Counted from the first letter of the stretch, positions 51,018-64,000 are shown. The stretch is 64,000 nt of DNA from Chiloscyllium plagiosum (GCF_004010195.1 NC_057750.1:5132159-5196158); one strand, 5' to 3'. Notes: generated from the sequence alone by a model not told the origin. Numbers and translations: made by a program.

Positions 51018-52367
51018 TGATTTCTGTTTCCTTCCATTTGATTGGATGCTCAGTGGTTGGCACTGCTGCCTCACAGCGCCAGGGAACCAGATTCGATCCC
51101 ACCCTCAGGCGACTGTCTGTGTGGAGTTTGCACATTCTCCCCGTGTCTGCGTGGGTTTCCTCCGGGTGCTCTGGTTTCCTCCAACAATCCAAAGATGTGC
51201 AGGTGAGGGTGGACTGGCTGTGCTATGTTGTCCCGTAGTGTGCAGGGATGTGTAGGCCAGGCGGTTAGCCATGGGGAAATGCAGGGTTAGAGGGATAGGA
51301 AGTGTGTCAGGGTGGGATACTCTTCAGGAGGGTCAGTGTGGACTCGATGGGCTGAATGGCCTCCTTCTACATTGTCAAGATTCTATTGAGGGTTCCTGTC
51401 CATAACACCCTTTCAGGGCAGTGAGTTCCAGATGCCCACCAGCCAGGTGAAAAACACTTGTCTCACATCCCCATTTAAATCTGTGCCCCATGGTTAATGA
51501 CAGGGAAAGGTTTCTCCCTAGCAACCCTGCCTATGCCCCACAGCATGTTGTAAACCACAATCATATCCCTACTTCCTAAGGAAAGCAAACTCTATTGAGA
51601 CTCTCTCCTCATCACTGAACCACTCCAGCCCAGACAACATCCTGGTAAATCTCCGCTGCCTCTCTAGCCTGGCCTCCCTACAGTGTGGTGACCGGAACCG
51701 CGCACAGTGCTCCATCTGTGGCCAGCTGATGTTATACAGAGCTCCATCATAACCTCCTTACTCCTGCAATCAGTGCCTGGACTCAAAGGCAAGTATCCAT
51801 AGGCTTCAATAACCAACTTATCTACCTTCCTACGGACTGGCTCTCCAAGGTCTCTCTGATCCTCTGCACTTTTAAACTCTTAGAACACAGCACAGTACAC
51901 TATAGGAACAGGCCCTTCGGCCCACGATATTGACACCACATTAAACTAATCCCCTCTGCCTCCATTCATCATCAACTTATCTGAAAGTTCTTTCGACGTC
52001 CTAATCGAATCTGGGACCAGCAGATTCTGGCAGAAGGTTTCAGGCACCTTCCAGTCTCTGTGTGAAAAACTTGCCCCTCACACCTCCTTTGAAATTTCCC
52101 CCCCTCACCTTAAATGCACCCCCCCCCCCGCCCCCGAGTTTTAGACATATCACCTCTGGGAGAAAGTCTCTTGTCCTGCGCATTTATTTCAGAACACCAG
52201 ATAAGGATGCAACAAATTATCTTCTGTCATTACTAACAGCCTTAACAGCGACAATTTAAATGTAGTCACCACTTCTTATGTAGGAGAACCCAAGGAATTT
52301 GAGAAGAATGTAAACATTCTTTTGACTTTGAGGTCCAGAAGGAGATATTAGAATAGGTGGCCTGAAA

Positions 52368-52825
52368 TGTGATTCTGGATTAGTGGTGCTGGAAGAGCAC
52401 AGCAGTTCAGGCAGCATCCGAGGAGCAGCGAAATCAACGTTTCGGGCAAAAGCTCTTCATCAGGAATAAAATGCTCGTTGTTGTTTTCAAACTTTTTCTG
52501 GAGTCGAGGAATCCTCGTGATTATTTTTGTTTTCTAGAGAGCCCCCTCCACAGCTTGGTTTACCCCTCCCCCTCCCAGCTTCCTTTCTTTGTAACCTCCC
52601 CCGTTGCCACCACCTTCCCAATTCTGGTCACTCATCTACTTCCCATTTGGTAGGCCAGGACGTTTTTCACTGGAGCGTAGGAGGTTGAGGGGTGACTTCT
52701 TGATGAAGGGCTTTTGCCCGAAACGTCAATTTCGCTGCTCCTTGGATGCTGCCTGAACTGCTGTGCTCGTCCAGCACCACTGATCCAGAATGTGGTTTCC
52801 AGCATCTGCAGTCATTGTTTTTACC
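52368..52825. mobile_element. Penelope-like family B inverted pair with hammerhead cores and a captured internal segment
   Basis: Arms gattagtggtgctggaagagcacagcag...gtttcgggcaaaagctcttcatcagg and tgatgaagggcttttgcccgaaacgtc...ccagcaccac; related copies near 35820-36030, 42525-42705, 49735-49915 and 54030-54190. Confidence 0.8.
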
Positions 52826-54411
52826 TCAACGGCATGAAACGTGGTCAAGGAAGGAAGGATTGAGGAACATCCAAAAGGTTGATGAGATTAGATTCCCTAC
52901 AGCATGGAAACAAGCCCTTTGGCCCAACAAGTCCACACTGACCCTCTGAAGAGTAACCCATATTTACCCCTGATTAATGCACCTAACACTACAGGCAATT
53001 TCCCATGGCCAATCCACCCTAACCTGCACATCCTAGGATTGTGGGAGGAAACCAGAGCACCCGGAGGAAACCCACGCAGACACGGGGAGAACGTGCAAAC
53101 TCCACACAGACAGTTGCCTGAGGCTGGAATCGAACCCGGGTCCCTGGTGCTGTGAGGCAGCGGTGCTAACACACTGAGCCACCGTTGCCACCTGATCTCT
53201 GGCACGTTTTGCCTTCATTGCAACAAACATTCCCACATTGCTCTCAAAGATATTCCCCTGTCTTTGTGTAAATATGAATGTTCCTTTTCTCTTCAACCTT
53301 TCTCTCCCATCTGAGAGAGAGGAAAAAGAAGAGGAGAGATTTAGGGACAGAATTCCAGACATTAATGACCAGGCAGCTGAGGGCCAATGGTGGAACGATT
53401 CATCAAGTCACACAGCGCAGAAGCAGACAAGCAGTCCATGCCAGCCATTATCCCAGACTAATCTAATCCCTGCGTTTGGCCCATATCCCTCCAAAACTTC
53501 CCTATTCGTGAACTTATCCAAATGTTGCAATTAAATGCTGTAATTGCACCCACATCCACCACTTCCTCTGAAAATTCATTCCACACACGAACCACTCCCT
53601 GTGTAAAAAATTGCCCCTCATTTGGTTTTTTAAGTCTTTCTCCTCTCACCTTAAGAATACGCCCCCTAGTCTTGAAATCCCCCATCCCAGGGAAAAGAGA
53701 CTTGCAATTCACCTTATGTGTGCCCCTCATCATTTTATAAACCTCGAGAAGATCACCCCCTCAACCTCCTACGCTCCAGTGAAAAACATCCTGGCCTACC
53801 AAATGGGAAGTAGATGAGGGACCAGAATTGGGAAGGTGGTGGCAACGGGGGAGGTTACAAAGAAAGGAAGCTGGGAGGGGGAGGGGTAAACCAAGCTGTG
53901 GAGGGAGCTCTCTAGAAAGCAAAACTAATCACATGAGGATTCCTCGACTCCAGAAAAAGTTTGAAAATAACGACGAGCATCACTACAGCCTGCAGTTGTT
54001 CCAAGCTTTAACCAAGTAGGTGGAGATAGTGAGGACCGCAGGTGCTGGAAGTCAGAGTTGGGAATATGTGGAGCTGGAAAAGCACAGCAGGCCAGACAGC
54101 GTGGGAGGAGCAGGAGAAGCATAAGCCCTTCATCAGTTGCTGATGCTGCCTGAGCAGCTGTGCTTTTCCAGCTCTACGTTTTATCGGCTTTGACCGAGTG
54201 GTGGTTGGTCAGAGGAACTCAATGGCTGAGGATCGAACTCCCCACAGTGAGCTCTACCACTGTGTGATCTCTCAGCAAACACAGAGTAGAGGTCGGGGTT
54301 AATGTGAACAGAAACTGGGATATTTGCCAAGCAGGAGGATCGGCTAAAAGACTGAGATAGAGTGGGAGGAGATTAATACAAAGTACAGACACCGTACCTG
54401 CTAGTACCCAT

Positions 54412-55340
54412 CTCTGTCCCTGTATGTTAGGACTTGTCCCTGTATGTGTACATTAGGACCTGTCCCTGTATGTGTACGTTAGGACCTGTCCCTGTATGTG
54501 TACGTTAGGACCTGTCTCTGTGTGTGTACGTTAGGACCTGTCTCTCTATTTGTACGTTAGGACCTGTCCCTGTACATGTACATTAGGACCTGTCTCTGTA
54601 TGTGTACGTTAGGACCTGTCTCTGTATATGTACGTTAGGACCTATCCCTGTATGTGTTTGTTAGTAGCTGTCTCTGTCCCCATACGTTAGGACCTGTCTC
54701 TGTAATTGCATGTTAGGACCTGTCCCTGTATGTGTACATTAGGACCTGTCCCTGTATGTGTACATTAGGACCTGTCCCTGTATGTGTACATTAGGACCTG
54801 TCCCTGTATGTGTACATTAGGACCTGTCCCTGTATGTGTACATTAGGACCTGTCCCTGTATGTGTACATTAGGACCTGTCCCTGTATGTGTACATTAGGA
54901 CCTGTCCCTGTATGTGTACATTAGGACCTGTCCCTGTATGTGTACATTAGGACCTGTCCCTGTATGTGTACATTAGGACCTGTCCCTGTATGTGTACATT
55001 AGGACTTGTCTCTGTATATGTACGTTAGGACCTGTCCCTGTATGTGTACATTAGGACCTGTCCCTGTATGTGTATGTTAGGACCTGTCCCTGTATGTGTA
55101 CATTAGGACCTGTCCCTGTATGTGTATGTTAGGACCTGTCCCTGTATGTGTACATTAGGACCTGTCCCTGTATGTGTATGTTAGGACCTGTCCCTGTATG
55201 TGTACATTAGGACCTGTCCCTGTATGTGTATGTTAGGACCTGTCCCTGTATGTGTACATTAGGACCTGTCCCTGTACGTGTATGTTAGGACCTGTCTCTG
55301 TAATTGCACGTTAGGGCCTGTCTCTGTAATTGCACGTTAG
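54412..55340 (+). repeat. 26-bp minisatellite (~35 units): taggacctgtccctgtatgtgtacat
   Basis: Homogeneous core ~54720-55000, diverged ends. Confidence 0.97.
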
Positions 55341-58044
55341 GAATGCATGAATGTTAAATATTCACCAAATTGTTCAGGTGCAGTAACTGTGAAGAATGCT
55401 CATTGTGTAATTGCTTGAACTAACTGCCTCGAATTGGCTTACCAATCCTGTGAGGAGCGATCGAGGAGACTGTACAAATATTCACTGGCGTTTCAAATTC
55501 TGAGAACTGACTGCGTCGAAATAAAGTAATGACTGGGCTTGGCAAAGATGGATATGGGAAGGATGATACTGTTTCATGGGCCAGAGTTTGGTGGGGCTGG
55601 AGTGGACGGGAATCAAGGTGGGGGAAGCCTAAAGTCTTGAGTATGACAATAATAGCATAGCACACAGGAGCAGAAATTAGGCTATTCAGCCCATCAAGTC
55701 TGTTCCACCATTCAGTCATGGCTGATATGCTTCTCAACTCCATTCTCCCACTTTCTCTCTGTAACCCTTAATACTCAAGAACCTATCTATTTCCGTCTTA
55801 AATATAATCAATGACCCAGCCTCCACAGCCTTCTGTGATAGTGAATTCCAGAGATTCACCACTCTCTGGCTGAAGAAGTTTCTCCTTATCTCCGTTCTCA
55901 AAGGGTCTTCCCTTTACTCTTAAGGCTGTGCCCTCGGGTCCTAGTCTCTCCTTCCAATGGAAACATCTTCCCAACATCCACCCTATCCAAGCCATTCGGT
56001 ATTCTATAAGTTTCGATTAGATCCCCCCTCATCCTTCTACACTCCATGATCATGACTGACCTGATTACTCCACATTCCTGTCCATTCCATTAACCTTCCA
56101 ACCTCTGGCATATTGAGAATCTATCCAATGGTGATCTGGGAATATTTAAGGACTTTGCTTCCACCTCCATTTGGAGGAAGAGATTTTCAAAGATTGATTG
56201 CCCTCTTTGAGGACACTGCTCAGTCGTAAATGGGCGAGCCCTGAGCTGGAATAAGTAACCCCATGTTCTAGATTCCCCCATAAGAGGGAACACCTTCTTC
56301 ACATCCTCCCGGTCAGGACCCCCTCAGGATCTTATACATCTCATTTGAGTTGTTTCTTACTCTTCCTACCTCCAGCAGTTACAAGCCCAGTCTGAATAAT
56401 CCTTTCCTCACAGGACAACCTGCCCATTCAAGGCCCCCTGAGCCCAAGTGTAGGAGATGTCCTTGTGGTAATGGCATGTCTTACAGTCCTTTGAGAAATA
56501 ACCCAACAGGAAAAGAGATTAGCTGGTGGTTAACTCCCCAAAGCCTGTCCACCATCTACAAGGCACAAGTCAGGAGGGTGGTGGAATACACCCCACTTGC
56601 CCTGGATGGGTGCAACTCCAACAACACTCAGGAAACTTGGCACCGTCCAGGACAAAGCAGCCTCCTCTTGATTGGCACCACATCCACTCCCTCCCTCAGC
56701 AGCAGCAGTGTGTACCATCTACAACTTGCTCTGCACCAAGACTCCATACACAACACCTTCCAATCACACAAGCACTTCCATCTAGAAGGGCACGGGCAGC
56801 AGATACATGGGAACACCACCCCCTACAAGAACCCATCCAAAGCAACATGGTGGCTCAGTGGTTAGCAATGCTGCCTCACAATGCCAGGGACTTGGGTTCG
56901 ATTCCAGCTTCAAGCAACTATCTGTGTGGGATTTGTACATTCGCCCTGTGTCTGTGTGGGTTTCTGCCCACAGTCCAAAGCTGTGCAGGTTAGGATGGAC
57001 CTTTCATGCTAAATTGCCCCATAATGTACAGTCTAGGTGGGTTAGCCATGGGAAATGGGGGAGTCTGGGTGGGATGCTCTTCGGAGGGTCAATGTGGACT
57101 TGATTGGCCAAATGGTCTATTTCCACACTGTAGGGATGCTACTCTCAATCTTAATTCATACGTTTGTATTTATGGTCAGTTCAACGAGTTGGAATTAATA
57201 CGGACCATTCCCTATTCCTTTAACCACACTCGGTCTGATATCTCTCCAAAGCTGGTTTCTTAGGCATCCTCAATGTTCCATTGTCCCAACATCGGCAGCT
57301 ATGCCCACTCTGGAATTCCCTCCCTAAACCTCTCTGCCCCTCTGTTTTCTTACTAGCCCTTTGAAAAACGTGTTGGTCATCTGTCCTATTATCTACTTAC
57401 AATGCTGTCAGTCCTGAGAAATCACTTGCAACATTTCACCATACTAAACGCTGCTACTGTAATGCAGACTGATGTTGTTAAACCAAAGGTGGTGTCTAAT
57501 GTGATATGTCTGATGGTGGTGTAGGGGTAATGCCTCTTAAATGGTGATCCAGAGGCCCAGTCTACAGCTCTGGGGGTTGTGGGTTCAAATCTGACTATGG
57601 TAGAGTCATAGAGATGTACAGCATGGAAACAGACCCTTCGGTCCAACCTGTCCGTGCCGACCAGATATCCCAATCCAATCTAGTCCCACATGCCAGCACC
57701 CACCCCATATCCCTCCAAACCCTTCCTATTCATATACCCATCCAAATGCCTCTTAGTCACCCCTCAGCCTCTGACGGTCCAGGGAAAACAGCCCCAGCCT
57801 GTTCAGCCTCTCCCTGTAGCTCAGATCCTCCAACCTTGGCAACATCCTTGTAAATCTTTTCTGAACCCTTTCAAGTTTCACAACATCTTTCCAATAGGAA
57901 GGAAACCAGAATTGCAAGCAATATTCCAACAGTGGCCGAACCAATGTCCTGTACAGCCGCAACATGACCTCCCAACTCCTGGACTCAATACTCTGACCAA
58001 TAAAGAAAAGCATACCAAACGCCTTCTTCACTATCCTAGTTAGT

Positions 58045-58352
58045 GATTAGATTACTTACAGTGCAGAAACAGGCCCTTCGGCCCAACAAGTCCACACCGC
58101 CCCGCCGAAGCGCAACCCACCCATACCCCTGCATTTACCCCTTATCTAACACTACGGGCAATTTAGCCTGGCCAATTCACCTGACCTGCACATCTTTGGA
58201 CTGTGGGAGGAAACCGGAGCACCCGGAGGAAACCCACGCAGACACGGGAGAACGTGCAAACTCCACACAGTCAGTCGCCTGAGGCGGGAATTGAACCCGG
58301 GTCCCTGGCACTGTGAGGCAGCAGTGCTAACCACTGTGCCACCGTGCCGCCC
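58045..58352 (-). mobile_element. HE1-type SINE (representative - copy)
   Basis: Reverse complement of the same head. Other - copies at approx. 5870-6142, 12493-12597, 14575-14912, 48255-48577, 52888-53188, 58838-59070 and 60017-60320. Confidence 0.9.
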
Positions 58353-60339
58353 CACACTGATGTTGAGTTAAAATTTGGAATTGAGAGGTTATGCTGACCA
58401 GGAAACTATCAATTATCATTTTTATTAAAAATCCATTGAAATCTGCTGTCCTTACCCAGTCTGGGCCTACAAGTGACTCCAGACCCATGCCTGACTCTGA
58501 ACTGCTCTCTGACATGGCAGGACCCTCGGTTCAGGGGAATATAAATGCCAATTTTGCCAATGACATCCATGAAAGAATGATGAGAAGGTTGGATGGAATG
58601 GTCTAATGTTCGGTGACAAAGATGGCTGCAGCTGGAAATGGAGAGAGAGGAGGAAATGCCTGGGGTGTGGCCAAGAACGTTCTTTCAACGGTGTAGGGCA
58701 AATACTAAATGTATTCAACCACAACGATCATCTCATGGAGAGGAAGTTAAGAAAGAATTAGCTAATTGAACAGGGGACTGACCCATGACCTCTAATCGAG
58801 CTAATGTGAAACACATTTGGAAGAGGAAGTGGTATCATAGAATCCCTACAGTGAGGCCATTCTGCCCATCAAGTCCACACCAATCCTCTGAAGAGCATTG
58901 CACCCAGACCCACCCTGCAACCCTATCCATGGCTATCCCACCTAGCCTGCACATCCCTGGATGGGACAAATGGGACAAATCAGCACGGCCAATCCACCCT
59001 AACCTGCACATCTTTGTACTGTGGGAGGTAACTGGAGCATCTGGAGGAAACCCACACAGAAACGGGGAGAATGACTGACATGTGGGGACAGACTGGATCG
59101 ACTGGGCTTGTACTCGCTGGAATTTTAAAGAATGGGGGGGGGGGGATCTCGTAGAAATGTATAAAATCATGGTTGGAATGGACAGGCTAGATGCAGGAAG
59201 TATGTTCCAGATGTTGGGGAGGTCCAGAACTAGGGATCACAGTCTCGGAATAAGGGGTGGGCCATTCAGGACTGAGATGAGGAAGAAGTTTCTCCACTCA
59301 GAGAGCTGTGAACCTGTGGAGTCTCTCCCACAGGAAGCTGTTGGGGGCCAGTTTGTTCAATATATTCAACAGGGAGCTGAACATGGCCCTTGTGGCTAAA
59401 GGGATCTGGGGAGAGGGCGGGAAGGGGATACTAAGATTGCGTGGTTAGCCACGATCATATCAAATGCTGGTGCAAATGGCCTACTCCTGCTCTCCAAGTT
59501 TCTAATGCACAAACTCCACACAGTAACACAAGGATGGGATCAAACCCAGGTCCCTGGTAGTGTGAGGTAGCAGAGCTAACCACTGAGCCACCAAGGTGGA
59601 TAAAATGGCAAATGGTCCTATGTTGCAGTTCACTTAGAGTCAGCATTACTGTTCACATTTACACATACTGTGGCCCAGAGCTGTGGACAGTGATGGCAGA
59701 GATTCTAATTTCTTTCCATCTCAGGATTTCTCTCTTAGCCTTTGCTGGAGGGATTTGCAGATTAAGCTTGGACCCATTATGAAAGTACCTTCATTGACCT
59801 GGTGAGGGATTCAAATCTGGGGGTCCTGGCTCAGAGGTAGGGACACTAATCACTGGGCTATCAGACCTCCTTTGGAAACAAAAGAGGCTTAATACACAAA
59901 ATGAAAAATAGAAACTGAATAAATGCCCAGTGACGGTAACATATCAGGATTTTATTTTGCATTTATTTTTACTCATGGAATCAATGGCTAGACCAGCATT
60001 TACTGTCCATCCTTTTAGATTAGATTCCCTACAGTGCAGAAACAGGCCCTTCGGCCCAACAAGTCCACACCGACCCTCCGAAGAGTAACCCACTCAGACA
60101 CATTTCCCTCTGACTAATGCGCCTAACACTATGGGCAACTTAACATGGCCAATTCACCCTGACCTGTACATCTTTGGACAATGGGAGGAAACCAGAGCAC
60201 ACCCACGCAGACACGGGGAGAATGTGCAAACTCCACACAGACAGTCACCTGAGGCTGGAATTGAACCTGGGACCCTAGTGCTGTGAGGCAGCAGTGCTAA
60301 CCACTGAACCACTGCGCCGCCCCATTCATATGTTTATTC

Positions 60340-60950
60340 ATAGAATGTGGGTGACGTTGGCTGGGCCAGAATTTATTGCCTGTCCCTAATTGCCCCTTAA
60401 TAAGCTCGGGGTGAGCTCCCTTCTTGAACCGCTGCAGTCCATGCACTATAGAAAGACTCACCATGCCCTTAGGGAGGGAATTCCAGGTTTCTGACCCAGG
60501 GACACTGAAGTTATGGCGATATGTTCCCAAGTCAGGATGGTGAGTGGAGGGGAACTTACAGGGAGTGGTGTTCCCATGTATCTGCTGCCCCTTGTCCTTC
60601 TAGTTGGAAGTGGTCATGGGTTTGGAAGGTGCGGCCTGAGGATCTTTGGTGAGTTGCTGCAGTGCATCTTGTAGATGGTACACACTGCTGCTACTGAGCG
60701 TTAGGGACGGGGAGAGTGAATTTTGTGGATGTGGTGCCAATCAAGCGGGGGCTGCTTGTCCCTGGATGGTGTCGAGCTTCTTGAGTGTTGTTGGAGCTGC
60801 CCCCATCCAGGGCAAGTGGGGAAATATTCCATCACCCTCCTGACTTGTGCCTTGTAGCTGGCAGATAGGCTTTGGGGAGTCAGGAGGGGAGTTACTCGCT
60901 GCAGGACTGCCATCCTCTGACCTGCTCTTATGCCACTGTGTATATGTGGT
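60340..60950 (-). mobile_element. L2/CR1-group LINE 3' fragment (second LINE family)
   Basis: LLTPQSLS.SYKAQVRRVMEY...W.GAAPTTLKKLDTIQ; copies at ~15530-16090 (-) and ~56525-56830 (+). Confidence 0.75.
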
Positions 60951-62334
60951 TGGGATATTCCTTCCCGAACTTCCAGTAATTGATCCCAACTTGTAATTTC
61001 CCAACAGTCCGTACCTGAGGAGGTGAATACATCTTATGCATGCAAAGCAAAAGATTTGCATTTCCATAGCACCTTTCCAAAGCACTCTAAAGCCTATTTA
61101 AGTTATTTTGAAATTGCAGTCATGGCTGTCAAATTGTGCACAGCAAGCTCCCAGAAACAACAAATGCTGATGACCAACCTTGCACGTTACAAAATCTCCC
61201 CAAACCAAATGAGACTACAAGTCGCACCAGGGGATATTAGAGAAAACATTGGGCCATAAGGGTTAGTTCTTAGGAGCATACCCAGGAAGAGCGAGCAGCA
61301 GAGGGTTTAGGGAGGGGGTTTCTGAGCATGGGCCCCAGGCAGCTGGAGGCACATTCGCCAATGGTGACGCGATTAGAATCAGCGGATGCTGAAGACACTG
61401 GAATTGGAGGAACGCAGAGAGGTTGGTAGAGATATCCGAGATGGGGAGGGACACTGCAGAATTATAGCTTGTTACTTGAAACAACATTTCTTTCAAACCA
61501 CTGAACCAGTCTCAGAGGGAGCTGAAATGAGGAAGAGGGTTTTAAAACTGAGATTGCTTCATCATGACTCAATGTAGGTCTCCGGTGTTGAGCAATGTGA
61601 TAATGATGCTGTCGTGACCATTAATTTAATCCAAGTCTCGTTCTCATAAAAAGCACACACTACACTCCCTGTAAGGTCAAACCCAAGGTGCAGTGCTCAG
61701 AATGGAACAGTGTAGTCTAGGCGTGGTCGCAAATGGACTTTGCACAGCTGTAGCCTCACTACGTACCCTTTGCAATATCACTCTCCAGTTATTTTACGTC
61801 AACCTGTTCGGAGATGATATTACCTTCTCTGGGTGCAGTTGGGACCTGAACCTGGTGTCTCCTGCTCCAGGAGTTGGGACACTAGTATGGCACCCCAAGA
61901 GACACCCAATTCTAGTTCTTTAACTATTTTTAAGCACACTGTTTTGGGGACGTTATTTCACATTCTCTGGAGCAGGTGGGACTTGAACCTGGGTCTCCTG
62001 GCTCACATGTAAGGACACAGCATCATTGCATTTTATATTTGATTACTTGTTCACTACACTTTAATGACCCCAGTCTCCAAAATGTCTTTGAGCCTCCACG
62101 TGTCACTATTTAGAGAATACTTTGATCTATCTGCTTCAGATCCAGGGGACAGATTCATGAATTCAGCATGAAAGAGAAAGTGAACATTCGAGTCAGGTAC
62201 TGGAATACACAAACACCCTGGAACTTAATAGAATGAAGAAGATTAGGTTTCTCTTTTGTCTGCTATGCTAACTACCCCTGATGCAAGGTTCCTCATTGGA
62301 CAGCACCATCACAGGGTTGAGATGGTTATACCTT

Positions 62335-63200
62335 GGTCTCTCTAATGAAGAAGGCTTTCTAAAATTACAAAGGGATCGTGATCAAATGGCTCAATGGGCT
62401 GAAAAATGGTTATTGACGTTCAATCTGGATAAATGCAAGGTATTGTATTTTGGTACAACAAACATGGGTAATGGTCGGGTCTTGGGTAGTGTTGTAGAAC
62501 AAAGGGACCTAGGGATTCAGGTACATAATTCCTTGAAGCTTGTGTCACACATAGACAGGGTGGTCAAGAGGGCGTTTAGCTTGCTTTCATTGCTCAGTCC
62601 TTTGAGTATAGGAGTTGGGGCATAATGTTGAGGTTGTACAGGACATTGGTGAGGCCTCTTCTGGAGAACTGTGTCCAGTTTTGGTCACCCAGTTGGAGGA
62701 AGGATATTATTAAGCTGGAGAGGATTCGGAATAGGCGAACCAGGATGTTGCCGGGTTTGGAAGGTTTGAGTTATAAAGAAAGGCTGGATAAGCTGAGACT
62801 TTTTTCACTGGAGCACAGGAGGTTGACAGACGACCTGATGGTGGTTTATAAAATAATAAGGGGCATAGATAGGGCCAGTGGTAGTTGTCTCTTCCCTAGG
62901 ATGGGGGATTTCAAGACTAGGGGGCACATTTTTAAGGTGAGAGGAGAGAGATTTAAAAAAGACGCTAGCGGCAAATTTTTTTGCAAGAAGGCAGTTCGTG
63001 TGTGGAATGAACTTCCTGAGGAAGTGGTGAATGTGGGTCCTGTACCAATGTTTAAAAGGCATTTGGATAAGTACATGAATAGGAAAGCTTTGGAGGGATA
63101 TGGGCCAGGAGCAGCAGGAGGGGCTAGTTTAGTATGAGATTATGGTCAGCATGGACTGGTTGGGCTGAAGGGTCTGTTTCCCTGCTGTATGGCTCTATGA
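62335..63200 (+). mobile_element. CR1/HER1 LINE 3' fragment (RT C-terminus and 3' UTR)
   Basis: ORFs 62281-62625 and 62625-63137: LQRD.D....WAEKW...FN.DKCKV and LYRTLVRPLLE.CVQFWSP; frameshifted. Confidence 0.92.
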
Positions 63201-63702
63201 CAAGTTCCAGTGCAGGACTGAGAATATGCTTCATAGTCAGAGGTGCGGTTTCTTTTCAATGCAACATTACACTGAGGTCCCACTCAGGTGGGTGCACAGG
63301 TAAAAGATGACAAGGTCGATTTTGAAGAGAATTCTCTGTTGACGGCCAATGCTTCTGTGAACATCACCAAGACCCTTGTGCATTTGGTCACAGATCCATA
63401 GAGACTGCATTGGTCATCAGAGTCACACAGCACAGAAAAAGACCCTTCGGCCCAAGTCGTCTGTGCTGACCAGACATTCACTATGTCCAATCCCAATCCA
63501 GTTTGCACGTGCTGAAGAATATGCAAGAATTGGCAATGACGGTAGAGGATTCACAAGAGGAACTACATGCTGAACGGATTGGTGCATTGATCAGAAAAAG
63601 AGGATTAATGAATGGGTAAGATTGGTAATCCACCTGCCTATTAGGGCAAGCCCTTCACAGTCCTCAATCCTCCAGCGAATTGGATAAATATCTGTGGAAG
63701 AA

Positions 63703-63905
63703 AGTTAAAAATCACACAACACCAGGTTATAGTCCAACAGGTTTAATTGGAAGCACTAGCTTTCGGAGTGACGCTCCTTCGTCAGGTGGTTGTGCTAGTG
63801 CTCCAAAAGCTAGTGCTTCCAATTAAACCCGTTGGACTATAACCTGGTGTTGTGTGATTTTTAACTTTGTATACTCCAGTCCAACACCGGCATCTCCAAA
63901 TCATG
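63703..63905. mobile_element. Palindromic Penelope-like terminal-repeat element (family A)
   Basis: ~60-bp inverted arms aaagttaaaaatcacacaacaccagg...gcactagcttt / aaagctagtgc...gtgatttttaacttt plus ccagtccaacaccggc tail; near-identical copy at ~1009-1210. Confidence 0.8.
63754..63788 (-). ncRNA. Minimal type-I hammerhead ribozyme motif in a Penelope-like repeat
   Basis: Minus strand reads CAC-CTGACGA-A-GGAG(CGTCA)CTCC-GAAA-GC-TA-GTG: complete core, stems I and II pair, palindromic AGCT in place of stem III. Confidence 0.75.
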
Positions 63906-64000
63906 ACAACTGTGGGAGTAAGATTTGCAAGGAAATGGAAAATGAACAGGAGGATAGGATGAATTCCTTGAATGAGCTAAATGCTCTTCTTCTGAGCTGT

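Noticed and set aside
62281..63137. Active LINE reverse transcriptase gene
   Set aside because: 5'-truncated, frameshifted CR1 remnant.
50478..64000. First coding exon of the ITPK1-like gene (...RVGYWLSEKK... type)
   Set aside because: Not found by eye on the minus strand; probably outside the window.

Overview
Eukaryotic, repeat-dense draft genomic DNA with three N gaps. The HE1-type SINEs, CR1/HER1 LINEs and Deu-domain SINEs point to a cartilaginous fish (shark). Two convergent spliced genes are present. (1) + strand, 2844-17604: four coding exons of an acidic chromogranin-family prohormone, most like CCER2; the signal-peptide exon was not found. (2) - strand, 50477-23589: nine coding exons of an intact but divergent ITPK1-like inositol 1,3,4-trisphosphate 5/6-kinase; the first coding exon was not found and probably lies beyond the window. 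This tail-to-tail granin/ITPK1 pair mirrors the human CHGA-ITPK1 locus and may be a whole-genome-duplication paralogue of it. Introns and intergenic DNA hold many CR1 fragments, SINEs, solo LTRs, TA-flanked MITEs, minisatellites and a tRNA-Pro-like pseudogene. Several palindromic Penelope-like repeats carry minimal hammerhead-ribozyme cores, and one has captured an inverted ~235-bp copy of neighbouring DNA. All comparisons to known proteins and repeat families are from memory and need database confirmation; repeat boundaries are approximate.
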